64,000 bases of DNA from Nitrososphaeria archaeon. Lineage in GTDB: Archaea; Thermoproteota; Nitrososphaeria; JACIWG01. A program made the position numbers and the translations under genes. Where the stretch lies: positions 32,001 through 96,000 of the forward strand of contig CAVVXT010000005.1 in NCBI GenBank assembly GCA_963752255.1, written 5' to 3'. Below the pieces are notes generated by a model. It had not been told where the DNA came from. It saw only the letters and a list, made by a program, of their open reading frames with translations, and did no database searches. The first letter of the stretch is position 1. The number at the start of each line of letters is the position of its first letter. Shown piece by piece: positions 43,496 through 52,209 of the stretch.

Positions 43496-45174
43496 TGGCC
43501 GTCATCCTTTTTTTTATCGTCGCCCTTGCTTGTCGGTGGATTCGGTGGTCCGGTGGATATTTCTATGGGTTCGGATTCCAAGCATAACATATGTGTGGGG
43601 ACTATTGCTTGATCTGGGTGCTTGGTGCAAGTGTTATCTTTATAGAACTTGCAACTATTAGAGCAACATTTATCGGTTTTGGGTAAAGTATGGGACACGG
43701 TATCGGACACCACAATGTCCGATGTCCCATGCACTTGTTTCGTATCATCGGAAAGTATGGGACAAACTGGCTTTGCGGTATATGTACCTGCTTGATTTTG
43801 TTTATCGTTTGGCATATATACCAGAAAACCGTTTTGTCCCATACTTTTGTTAAAGTCGGAAATCATTTCATTTTGCAAATTTTGAGTATCGGACACGGGA
43901 CAAAGCGGTGTCCCATCCGGTGTCCCAAACTTTTTGGAATCTAACTTTAAACTGCTAACCTTAGATAGTATGTCAGTAATTGCATATTGCAACTTGTGGA
44001 ATTTTGCTTTACCCTTCTCCTCTGGGTATTCGATGACGTAACCTCTTTCTCTCATCAAGTCGAGATGTCTTAGAATAGTTTTTTCTGAAGTTTTAAGGTC
44101 CTTCGCTATATCAACCCTTTCCTTCTTGTGAATCTCTGCACCCTCATTTTCTATCTTCTTGCTCTGAAGACATGCTAGCAGGTTCCTTATTCTGCAGTCT
44201 ATATCAAGTGTCATTGTCGTTAAAGGTTCTAGTGCGATCTCCAGAGCCTTGTTGAACATTTCTGGGGTTGCCATGAGAACCTTCTTTTCTCCGATCATTT
44301 TGTAAGGAAGCTTTCTTTGATACAGCAGGGAAGTAAGCTTTATGAGTGCAAGGATTTTATCAAAGTCTCCCCGTGTTCTTAAGTGTGAAGTATTAAGGAT
44401 CTTCGTTATTGCATTTGGATATGGAACTATCACATAGCAGGGTTCTACCTTTTCGATAACTTGCTCCATAACTTTGAATGCAAAATCGTAGTCCGTAATT
44501 TTTCTCTTACCAAGATAAACCTCTGAACGCTGTTTTTCTTTCTCCTCTTTAAATGCCAAAATATTTTTTGTCTGCGCTTCACTCTCATCCGGGTTAACTG
44601 CCCACGCTCTCCTATCAAACTGGGAATCAACCATAAACCTTGTTGTTGTAGTGATAACGGTCATTGGGGGGATCTTGTTCTGCTCGGTTGTGAAGTGTCT
44701 GCTTTCTTTATCTCTTATGGTGTATTCAACTAAATATCCACCGTCTTCGGTGCTGAGAAACTTTATAGTTGAAACCCCCTGCTTCTCTTCGTCAACATAA
44801 CCCATTTCTTTAATATAAAGAATGTCATAACCGCTTAAGTCGGTGTAGTCTAAGGCATGTTCTGAGAATCGACCGACTTCCTTTGTTTTGAAAGCCTTAC
44901 TTAGTCTTGCCAAAAGACTTTTACCTGCACCTGGTTGACCCATTAAAAGAAGAATCTGGTACAGTTGAGGGTCAATTTTTCCGCTCTTTCCTGACAATAA
45001 GAGAACAAAAATTAACTGTTTGTTCTGATCTTCCCCAGTAATAACTTTATCAAGACATTCTTTTTTCAAAGAATCAAGTGGGTCATTTGAGTTTAAGATT
45101 TCATCTGCTTTTTTAGTAGCTTCTTCTAATATCTGACTTACATCGTCGATTTCTTCAATGTCTTTGTCAGTCAA
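43492..45174 (-). CDS. Mobile-element replication ATPase/helicase (AAA+/MCM-like) with C-terminal wHTH
   Basis: GQPGAGKS Walker A, ILYIKE Walker B, ITTTT sensor, FDRR Arg finger, IAKDLKTSEKTILRHL..GYV HTH. Confidence 0.8.
   Translation of the reverse strand: MTDKDIEEIDDVSQILEEATKKADEILNSNDPLDSLKKECLDKVITGEDQNKQLIFVLLLSGKSGKIDPQLYQILLLMGQPGAGKSLLARLSKAFKTKEVGRFSEHALDYTDLSGYDILYIKEMGYVDEEKQGVSTIKFLSTEDGGYLVEYTIRDKESRHFTTEQNKIPPMTVITTTTRFMVDSQFDRRAWAVNPDESEAQTKNILAFKEEKEKQRSEVYLGKRKITDYDFAFKVMEQVIEKVEPCYVIVPYPNAITKILNTSHLRTRGDFDKILALIKLTSLLYQRKLPYKMIGEKKVLMATPEMFNKALEIALEPLTTMTLDIDCRIRNLLACLQSKKIENEGAEIHKKERVDIAKDLKTSEKTILRHLDLMRERGYVIEYPEEKGKAKFHKLQYAITDILSKVSSLKLDSKKFGTPDGTPLCPVSDTQNLQNEMISDFNKSMGQNGFLVYMPNDKQNQAGTYTAKPVCPILSDDTKQVHGTSDIVVSDTVSHTLPKTDKCCSNSCKFYKDNTCTKHPDQAIVPTHMLCLESEPIEISTGPPNPPTSKGDDKKKDDGQ
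43685..43933. repeat. Iteron-like array inside ATPase gene
   Basis: AAAGTATGGGACA at 43685-43697 and 43752-43764, inverted at 43835-43847 and 43921-43933 (1 mismatch); GTATCGGACAC at 43700-43710 and 43886-43896. Confidence 0.85.
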
Positions 45175-45607
45175 GGTTTCGCAACCTCCAAAGAATATAT
45201 GCTTTCATCTCTCCTTCATTCATAGCTGAGTTTGAGTAGTAGCACCCTGAATGTTCAAAAATATAATACATAAGATTCTTGATTTGCTTATTCGTGAAGT
45301 TTGCTTGAAATTTCGATATTAAGTCCTTCATAGGGGTCATCACGAAGTATGCGTAACTTCCCTTCATACGAATAAGACATATTACAACTTCACGTTTCAG
45401 ACCTAAGTAGTTATACCCAGAAAGGTGCAGTGCATTTTTTAGGGGCAATTGCCGAGCTTCCTTAACGATTGGGCAAGCTATCGAAATCTCCTTATCCTTC
45501 AGAGCTTCCTTTATGACGGGGCAACCTATAGGAGAATCATTACCAAAAATGTTACTCAAGTTCACTTCACTCTTTTTCTTCCTATTACATTGTCTTTGAA
45601 AAGCCAT
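45167..45607 (-). CDS. Hypothetical protein, weak resemblance to primase large-subunit C-terminal domain
   Basis: Overlaps ATPase start; duplicated CP(V/I)(I/V)KEA motif. Confidence 0.5.
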   Translation of the reverse strand: MAFQRQCNRKKKSEVNLSNIFGNDSPIGCPVIKEALKDKEISIACPIVKEARQLPLKNALHLSGYNYLGLKREVVICLIRMKGSYAYFVMTPMKDLISKFQANFTNKQIKNLMYYIFEHSGCYYSNSAMNEGEMKAYILWRLRNLD

Positions 45608-45936
45608 AGAAAAAATTCTTGTCTCCTCATTTTTCCGTTATGATCTTGGAGTTCTTTGAGAAGTACTAGGTATTCAGGGTTAGAACTTGGATGGCATAGT
45701 TCATAAACTCCATGTGGGCCAGTGGCAAAAATCCAAACTAAGCTTTCCTTTTTTTGCTCGACTTTCTCTATGAGAGATAGTGCATCTTGGAAGTTTTTAA
45801 TGCGATCATCAATGAGCTTGATGAGGTTATAGTTCTCAATAAGAATGTTTTTGATGGCATAAAGCTCAGTGATTCTATGTTTAAGTTCCTCTGGAGAAGG
45901 CAAATCTTTATTAGAAACTTTGTTAGAACTACTCAT
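45562..45936 (-). CDS. Hypothetical protein
   Basis: Part of overlapping minus-strand operon; coiled N-terminus. Confidence 0.7.
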   Translation of the reverse strand: MSSSNKVSNKDLPSPEELKHRITELYAIKNILIENYNLIKLIDDRIKNFQDALSLIEKVEQKKESLVWIFATGPHGVYELCHPSSNPEYLVLLKELQDHNGKMRRQEFFLWLFKDNVIGRKRVK

Positions 45937-46097
45937 GAGCCTTCATTTCCAACATCACTTCCTGCATCCGTAGGCTTGGGCGTTCCAGCGCCCTCTTTCC
46001 CTTTTCCTAAAATATTTTGAATTTTGTCAGAAAATTCTTTGGCTTCTCTCACTTTTGTCTCAAGCTCATCCAAGAATTTCGTTTCATTGTTTTTCAA
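45933..46097 (-). CDS. Small hypothetical protein (54 aa, not in ORF track)
   Basis: TTG start, MKNNETKFLDELETKVREAKEFSDKIQNILG...GS*; stop overlaps next ATG (ATGA). Confidence 0.6.
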   Translation of the reverse strand: MKNNETKFLDELETKVREAKEFSDKIQNILGKGKEGAGTPKPTDAGSDVGNEGS

Positions 46098-46224
46098 TGA
46101 CCGCACCTTTTTTAAAGTCCAAGAGTTTCAGGAGAAATGAATCGTAGGACTCATCTTTCCTCATAAACTCTTTCAATTTTCTATGAGTTTCTTTCTTGAG
46201 GATTATAGTGGTGTATTCTCCCAA
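46084..46224 (-). CDS. Ribbon-helix-helix/antitoxin-like DNA-binding protein (46 aa, not in ORF track)
   Basis: MGEYTTIILKKETHRKLKEFMRKDESYDSFLLKLLD.. matches TTI.....L......ESYD...LL pattern; first gene of replication operon. Confidence 0.75.
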   Translation of the reverse strand: MGEYTTIILKKETHRKLKEFMRKDESYDSFLLKLLDFKKGAVIEKQ

Positions 46225-46297
46225 ATTAATCAATCAGCTTGATTATATATTCCCTATAAAGTTATATACTCAAGTTGAGTAAAGTAGTAGAGTAAGA

Positions 46298-47107
46298 GTG
46301 CAATCCCCAAAATATGATTCAAAAATTTGGAAGGTATTAGAGCTATGTTCAACTCCTAAACGGTTTTCTGAATTAAAGAAAAACCTCGATATAACCGATG
46401 AGGGTTTAAGCAAAAACCTTCAAAGTCTAATTAAGCAAGGTTTAATCAGAAAAACTTTAGAAGGATTGTATGAAGCTACAGATAAAGGAAAGGAAGTTGT
46501 TGAGAAAGAAGATAATGCTGAGACTGCTAGAAGGGATACAACCGTAAATTTGAAGCTGAGAAGGTTAGAAAAGACGGGGATAATGTTGGAATTGTTGAAA
46601 GGTTTTATATCTCAATACATATATAGTACTTTTGAACCTCCTGATTCTTGTGAAACGTTTGGGTTAGAAGGAAAGAAGCTGTCAGAAGCTCAAGAACGTA
46701 ATGAGAAAGAAGGCCATAGAATTGAAGCTCTCAGAAATTTAGCTCCTCAGATAACGGATAAGATTAGGCTTTTGCACATGATAATTAATGAATATGATTA
46801 TAGTTATAGGGAAATTTATCCCGATATATATGAGGCAGTTAGCATGATTTTAAAGTATGGTGAACTTGATCCTAGCAAGGTCTATATTGGTGAGATAGAA
46901 AAATGGTGGAAGAAAAAAGATGATATGAAAGAATATTGTCGTATAATACTTTCACATATAATACCTTCAGATATTTGGCCAGATGGGACTAAACAATTCT
47001 TTGATAAAACGGAAGCGTTTGTTCAATCAAAGAGCTATCAGATATTACCTGATGAGCTAAAAGAACCTTTTTGGCGTCCTGCATCTCTAACTTCATCAAC
47101 TATGTAA
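46298..47107 (+). CDS. Winged-helix (HxlR/ArsR-like) regulator with unknown C-terminal domain
   Basis: PKRFSELKKNLDITDEGLSKNLQSLIKQGLI...YEATDKG; divergent from the RHH gene. Confidence 0.8.
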   Translation: MQSPKYDSKIWKVLELCSTPKRFSELKKNLDITDEGLSKNLQSLIKQGLIRKTLEGLYEATDKGKEVVEKEDNAETARRDTTVNLKLRRLEKTGIMLELLKGFISQYIYSTFEPPDSCETFGLEGKKLSEAQERNEKEGHRIEALRNLAPQITDKIRLLHMIINEYDYSYREIYPDIYEAVSMILKYGELDPSKVYIGEIEKWWKKKDDMKEYCRIILSHIIPSDIWPDGTKQFFDKTEAFVQSKSYQILPDELKEPFWRPASLTSSTM

Positions 47108-47350
47108 ATACCATATTGAGCATTTTTCACTCTTATCAGAATATAATCCCAGATTGTCCCAAATTTGGTCAATTTTATCAGGATTCTTTCTTATCCATTC
47201 GTAAACATCCCATTCTAAAAGCTGTTGATTATGACCATTTTCTAATTTACAATTAGTGCAGGTGTACTTGATTCGTGGTTGAATAGGATAATTTTTAATC
47301 GTCTTAGGTTAAAGAGAGGGGAAGGCAGGTTTACGAATGGCAAAGGATGG

Positions 47351-47839
47351 ATGGAGATAGAGAGACCTTTGGCGGTTGATGTTATAACTAAGAAAAGTGC
47401 CGTGCAGGAGACTAAGGAGGAAGTTAAGGCCGTACAGGGCGAGGTATGCGACATGGTTAACGGTGAGGATAAGAAGCAGCTTTGTAAGATCGTCCTTGAA
47501 AAGCACTCTAACATGGAGATCTCAACGAAGGAGGCTGAGGAACAGTTGAGCGACCTAACGGGGGAGGACATCAAGCTGGTGGAGGAACCGGACTGGAAGC
47601 TCCTTGGACAGGACCGGGATAAGTTAGAGTCGTGGGCGACAGCCGTATGCATGACCTACGAAGTAGAGGATGAAAGCAAGATCAATGCCTGCGTCGACGT
47701 GATCGATAACATCGTCAAAGGGCAGGAGACCGTCGATAGTGGTTCGCAGAAGATTGGGAAACTTATGAGGGAGGATCCTGAGGAGGTCGCTAAAACCCTC
47801 ATGGTCACGGCCCCTAATGCTGAAACAGAAAATAAATAA
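47351..47839 (+). CDS. Acidic hypothetical protein with two Cys-pair repeats
   Basis: VCDMV..EDKKQLC..V and VCMTY..EDESKINAC..VI; start refined to MEIERP. Confidence 0.7.
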   Translation: MEIERPLAVDVITKKSAVQETKEEVKAVQGEVCDMVNGEDKKQLCKIVLEKHSNMEISTKEAEEQLSDLTGEDIKLVEEPDWKLLGQDRDKLESWATAVCMTYEVEDESKINACVDVIDNIVKGQETVDSGSQKIGKLMREDPEEVAKTLMVTAPNAETENK

Positions 47840-48008
47840 TGGCATGCAATCTTGGCAGTGCATTACACCGCCAAGACCCTTTCATGGATGATTTTTTTGT
47901 TTACTAGATTTGGTAAACAAACCCAAATTACTTCATAAATCTCGCCGTAATATCAAGCTTGATATGAGTGTTGGGTAAATATGGTGTCCTATACTATAAC
48001 ATAAGCCA

Positions 48009-48227
48009 TTAAAGAGCGCCTTTCCTGTACAGGTCTGACTTTAAGTTCTTTATTTCCGTTAAGGTAGCGTTTATGTTCTGCTGTATCTTATCCTGGTTGT
48101 CGCACACCACCTTAAACTTGTCGTCCTGGCTGTCTTTAAAGGACCTGAGCATGTTCTTTTCCTCGTTCAACGCCGCTATGATCAGGTACTGCGCTTCCCT
48201 ATTGGACAGCTTCCCCTTTGCGATCAT
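48009..48227 (-). CDS. Small coiled-coil hypothetical protein
   Basis: 72-aa ORF with heptad-like C-terminus. Confidence 0.55.
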   Translation of the reverse strand: MIAKGKLSNREAQYLIIAALNEEKNMLRSFKDSQDDKFKVVCDNQDKIQQNINATLTEIKNLKSDLYRKGAL

Positions 48228-48598
48228 CTTCTTTATCAGTTAACGGATTCGGGTGCAACTTTACCGGATTGGTAAACAACACGGATCCAAAATTGATTGA
48301 ACAGAAAAATAATATAAAAAGTTGGTTCTGTTCAATGCGTTTTTTTGCAAATCGAATATTCCAACATGTTGGCGATCGTTCAACTTGATATCGGTTTGCA
48401 TGAGAGCGTTATGATAGTCGATTGAACACAGGGGCATCTGTCTGAGCCGTTGTGCGGAATGATCTGGAATTTGCGATTTTGTTTTTTGTTGATTGAACAA
48501 CGCTTGGCTCAACGCAGTCTAACATTTTCTAAAACGTTTTTTTATCAAGACCTCTACTTTACCAGTTTGGTGAACACTTATATAACCAAATCAGTTAA

Positions 48599-48781
48599 GT
48601 ACCAAAAAAGAGTACACATCCTACCGTAAAGCTGTTGAAACTGATGAGCTGCCTTGTGATGTTAGGCAGCGGGGAAGGGGACATCGCATCGGATTCATTT
48701 GTAGGATCTGGAACCTCGGCGTTGGCGTGTAAGATTTTGAACAGGCACTACTGCAACCAAGATTTAAACTTCCTACTTTGA
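48599..48781 (+). pseudogene. Relic of beta-class N4/N6 DNA methyltransferase C-terminus
   Basis: Manual translation HPTVKLLKLMSCLVMLGSGEGDIASDSFVGSGTSALACKILNRHY; in-frame stop upstream. Confidence 0.85.
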
Positions 48782-49068
48782 CACCCTCTCATAGCTAGAA
48801 AGCCTCACCTTCCTCTATTAATATACGTATGTTATTATCCATTAAATTTTGGTACATATCAACCCTACCCAAAATGTTTAAGATTACATTAGGAATAATA
48901 CCTGCAAAGGCAAAACTTCTAGATAACCAAAAGGGAAGTATAAGGTAACTTCACCAGTAACCTAAATGGCTAACAAATAGGACATAGCCCAGAAAGTCAA
49001 ATTTTATGTAAAAGTCTGCAGGGCGAACGTGGAGGCCGTCTGAAGTTTCAGCTACGAGCGTACGCTTT

Positions 49069-49266
49069 TTATTCCTGTCTTACGATTTTCGCTCTTTCGT
49101 GGAGGTTGCGCTGGATTTCTTCTATTCTCAGCCTGACCGCTTCTTTGACGAACTCGCTTCTTGAAGTGTAGCCTAGTTCAGCGTGTTTTATGATCTCGTC
49201 TGCCATGTTAAGTAGATCCTCTGGCAGCTGTACTGTTTTCCAGCCGCGTTTTTGAGCATGTTCCAT
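49069..49266 (-). CDS. RHH/CopG-family regulator
   Basis: KTVQLPEDLL..ADE.....GYTSRSEFVKEAVR. Confidence 0.88.
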   Translation of the reverse strand: MEHAQKRGWKTVQLPEDLLNMADEIIKHAELGYTSRSEFVKEAVRLRIEEIQRNLHERAKIVRQE

Positions 49267-49350
49267 GGTTCTTCCCTTGATTCTTATGATATGTATGCGA
49301 TAAGCTTATATATGTTTTTAGGTTAACCATAACATTATCATGTGATATGA

Positions 49351-49662
49351 ATGAGATATAGGGGTGTACAACTTCCAGAAGGTTTAGCGGAAAGGGTTAG
49401 ACATCTTATTACCGAGCATAAGGAGCTCGGATACGCGAGCGTGAAGGAATTTGTCCAAGATTCCGTGAGAAGAAGGGTTGAGCAGACAGAAAAACTCATG
49501 GAATATGAAATGCATGATATAGGAGAGGCTGCCAAAAATTTTGGCCACCAGTCACTTCAGCAGCGTGATAAGGCTTCTCAAGCGGCTTCTAACAGCACTG
49601 ATGTCCCAAATAATGACAGGCAGGCCAGCTCCTTAAGCCCCACAGAACATTGTGAAATGTGA
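49351..49662 (+). CDS. RHH/CopG-family regulator
   Basis: RGVQLPEGL..V...LGYASVKEFVQDSVRR; paralogue of the divergent gene. Confidence 0.82.
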   Translation: MRYRGVQLPEGLAERVRHLITEHKELGYASVKEFVQDSVRRRVEQTEKLMEYEMHDIGEAAKNFGHQSLQQRDKASQAASNSTDVPNNDRQASSLSPTEHCEM

Positions 49663-50441
49663 GGGAGAAGGTCATGTTGACACAAGTGATTGGGCTAGGA
49701 GTAGTAGGAAAGGCTCAAGCGTTTCTACTAAGCAAACTAGGACATAAGGTCTACGGCTACGACATACGAGCAGTTCAACCAGAACAGTACTTCACATTAT
49801 GCAATGACCCCATCCAAGACGTTGACATTTCATTTATTTGCACACCTGAAAATGCCGCTAATGAGGTTATTGAGAAGTTGAAACATTATGGCGTGAAAGG
49901 TTTAATTGTCATAAAGAGTACGGTTCCAGTTGGCACAATTAACTGTTTAATGAAAGATTTTGATATTCATATTTGTTATAATCCTGAGTTTCTAAGAGGG
50001 AAGTGTTCTTTTGAGGATGTGCTCAACCCTAGGAGAATAGTTATTGGTGAATGTTGCAGTGAACACGGAAACATTCTTAAACAAATCTACAAGCCTCTGG
50101 GTCAACCGATATATCGGACAGATCCAACGACAGGTGAATTAATCAAACTTGTTTCAAACAGCTTACGGGCGGTTAACATAAGTTTTTGGAATCAACTCTA
50201 CCTTTTATGCAGACAAGTTGATGCCGATATAAAAATTGTTGCTGAAGCTGCTGATTCTGGCAAAGTGTTAGGAGAATGGGAAGGCGGGAAATGGGGCACA
50301 AAACGGTTTGGTGAGCCTTACGATGGTAAGTGTCTGGATAAAGATTTAGACCATTTATTTAAAGCATTTTGTGAGTGCGGTGTTGATCCTTCAATCTTAG
50401 AAGCTACTAAAAAGTTTAATGAGCAGTTGAAGGAGATGTAG
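49659..50441 (+). CDS. UDP-glucose/GDP-mannose dehydrogenase family, short form (HasB-like)
   Basis: GLGVVG, KSTVPVGT, NPEFLR, ELIKLVSN, GKCLDKD catalytic Cys; lacks C-terminal domain. Confidence 0.88.
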   Translation: MREKVMLTQVIGLGVVGKAQAFLLSKLGHKVYGYDIRAVQPEQYFTLCNDPIQDVDISFICTPENAANEVIEKLKHYGVKGLIVIKSTVPVGTINCLMKDFDIHICYNPEFLRGKCSFEDVLNPRRIVIGECCSEHGNILKQIYKPLGQPIYRTDPTTGELIKLVSNSLRAVNISFWNQLYLLCRQVDADIKIVAEAADSGKVLGEWEGGKWGTKRFGEPYDGKCLDKDLDHLFKAFCECGVDPSILEATKKFNEQLKEM

Positions 50442-50443
50442 AA

Positions 50444-51637
50444 ATGATAGTAGAAATACTTGAATTTTTGAGGATGCTTGAAACAGGGGAGATATATTGG
50501 CTCCCCTTTCACCTCCTAATATTCATAGTCCTATCCCTTAGCCTTAGAGACTTCCTCGCAAATAGGCATAAACCTTCTATCTACGCAGATGAAGATCCTC
50601 CTGTGAGCGTGATAATTCCAACATACAAGGAAAATCCAGATATACTTAGGAACTGTGTTAGAGCCGCCGCCAACGACAAACCGGAGGAAATAATAATCAT
50701 ACATGATGATGGACTGGATTCAGTGGAGCGGATAGGTAGAGAGTTCGGTGCGACTGTAATTTCATTTCCTAAAAGGGTTGGAAAGAGGAAAGCAATGGTT
50801 GAAGGGTGGAAACGAGCCAAATATGATATAATTGTGCACCTTGATGGGGACGAAATCGTTGAGAATGGATGTTTAGGAGAGCTGGTTAAACCCCTTCAAG
50901 ACGCCAAAGTTGTAGGGGTAGGGGGTAGAAGTGTTGCCTATCTAAATACCCACCCCAACGGGCTCGGTAGTTGGATAGCTTGGAGGCTGAGCATATTACA
51001 GGAAATTAACAGAGGTTTCACGTGTAAAGCACTTAGACCGCATTTGGTAAATATAGATGGAAGGGTTAACGCGTGGAGAAGGAGCTTTCTGCTGAAGCAC
51101 GAAAAAGATTTTCTTAACGATATGTTCATGGGAAAACGTTCAGATATAGGAGATGACAGGTACCTTACGCAGGCGGCTAATCTCGAAGGCTGGAATACCA
51201 CATATCAGGAATCGGCAATAGCGGGAACAGCCAGTCCAGCAAGTTTCAAAGACTATGTTAAACAACAGCTCCGCTGGACGAGAAGCGGATACAAGTTTTT
51301 CTATCTAGACATTAAAAGAGGATTGAGGAATGTGACATGGTTTTATTACCTATCTCAAGTGTTCTTTTATGGGGCGGCTGTCAGTTTCCTCTTTGCCATC
51401 ATACATGACACCTTCTTGATTCCTCCGGTGTATGGGCTCTCATTGGGGACCTTACCTGTTGTAATGTTTCTTGGTTCCTCGCTAGTTGCGGTTATAGGAA
51501 TGCTTTTCGCTGGGCGTAGGCAGGTTAAGTTAAGAGAGTTCCTATGCTTTGGTCTAATTGGGGTTTTGGTGATGTTTCCCACCACACTCTATGCGATGTT
51601 TACTGTGCGGAAACAGTCAACTTGGGGAACAAGATGA
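50444..51637 (+). CDS. Processive GT2, hyaluronan-synthase (HasA/NodC)-like
   Basis: VSVIIPTYKE, DDG, GKR.A, LDGD, IGDDRYLT, QQLRWTRS, C-terminal TMs, WGTR. Confidence 0.85.
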   Translation: MIVEILEFLRMLETGEIYWLPFHLLIFIVLSLSLRDFLANRHKPSIYADEDPPVSVIIPTYKENPDILRNCVRAAANDKPEEIIIIHDDGLDSVERIGREFGATVISFPKRVGKRKAMVEGWKRAKYDIIVHLDGDEIVENGCLGELVKPLQDAKVVGVGGRSVAYLNTHPNGLGSWIAWRLSILQEINRGFTCKALRPHLVNIDGRVNAWRRSFLLKHEKDFLNDMFMGKRSDIGDDRYLTQAANLEGWNTTYQESAIAGTASPASFKDYVKQQLRWTRSGYKFFYLDIKRGLRNVTWFYYLSQVFFYGAAVSFLFAIIHDTFLIPPVYGLSLGTLPVVMFLGSSLVAVIGMLFAGRRQVKLREFLCFGLIGVLVMFPTTLYAMFTVRKQSTWGTR

Positions 51638-52209
51638 AAGTAAAAAGAATCTTAGGTGCAACAATTTTCTCAATAGGTCTTGTATTAGCAGCATTCGTCT
51701 TTATCGTCGTCCAAGTCTTGACCTCTTACCCATTCCACATTTATTTACTGCCTGCCATATCTTTTTCTCTGCCCATGGGAACTGACAAAGTATTCGGAGC
51801 CCTCGCATACGATCAATTGCTGGAAATTGGGGTTGGGTTAGCGTTTATCGGACTATTCATTTGGGGAGTTTCAAAGTTTGGAAAGATCAATCGAAACGCG
51901 ATCACCTACGCTTTAGGGTTTACATCGTTTGTTACGGGAAGTATAGGGGCAGTTGTCGTTTATGCAGACGCTATCCTTCCTTGGTCTGTTTTTCCGTGGT
52001 TTGGAGTTACAGATGGTGGAGGCTATCCTTGGATCACAGAGCGAGTGACGTCTAACACCGGTTTCATGAAAATGCCAAGCTATACGCCGAGAGACCCAAA
52101 TGTTTACTTCCTGAATTACGCCGAAGTGTTGGTTATTTCTGTTTTGCTGGCAATTTTAGGTTTCGTTCTATATAAAAAGGTAGATCGTGAACACGATGAA
52201 GTGGTATAA
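51634..52209 (+). CDS. Membrane protein (4 TM), third gene of polysaccharide cassette
   Basis: ATG overlaps GT2 stop (ATGA); hydrophobic segments. Confidence 0.75.
   Translation: MKVKRILGATIFSIGLVLAAFVFIVVQVLTSYPFHIYLLPAISFSLPMGTDKVFGALAYDQLLEIGVGLAFIGLFIWGVSKFGKINRNAITYALGFTSFVTGSIGAVVVYADAILPWSVFPWFGVTDGGGYPWITERVTSNTGFMKMPSYTPRDPNVYFLNYAEVLVISVLLAILGFVLYKKVDREHDEVV

Noticed and set aside
48261-48512. 83-aa minus-strand ORF
   Set aside because: No recognisable motif; region better explained by DNA palindromes and repeats
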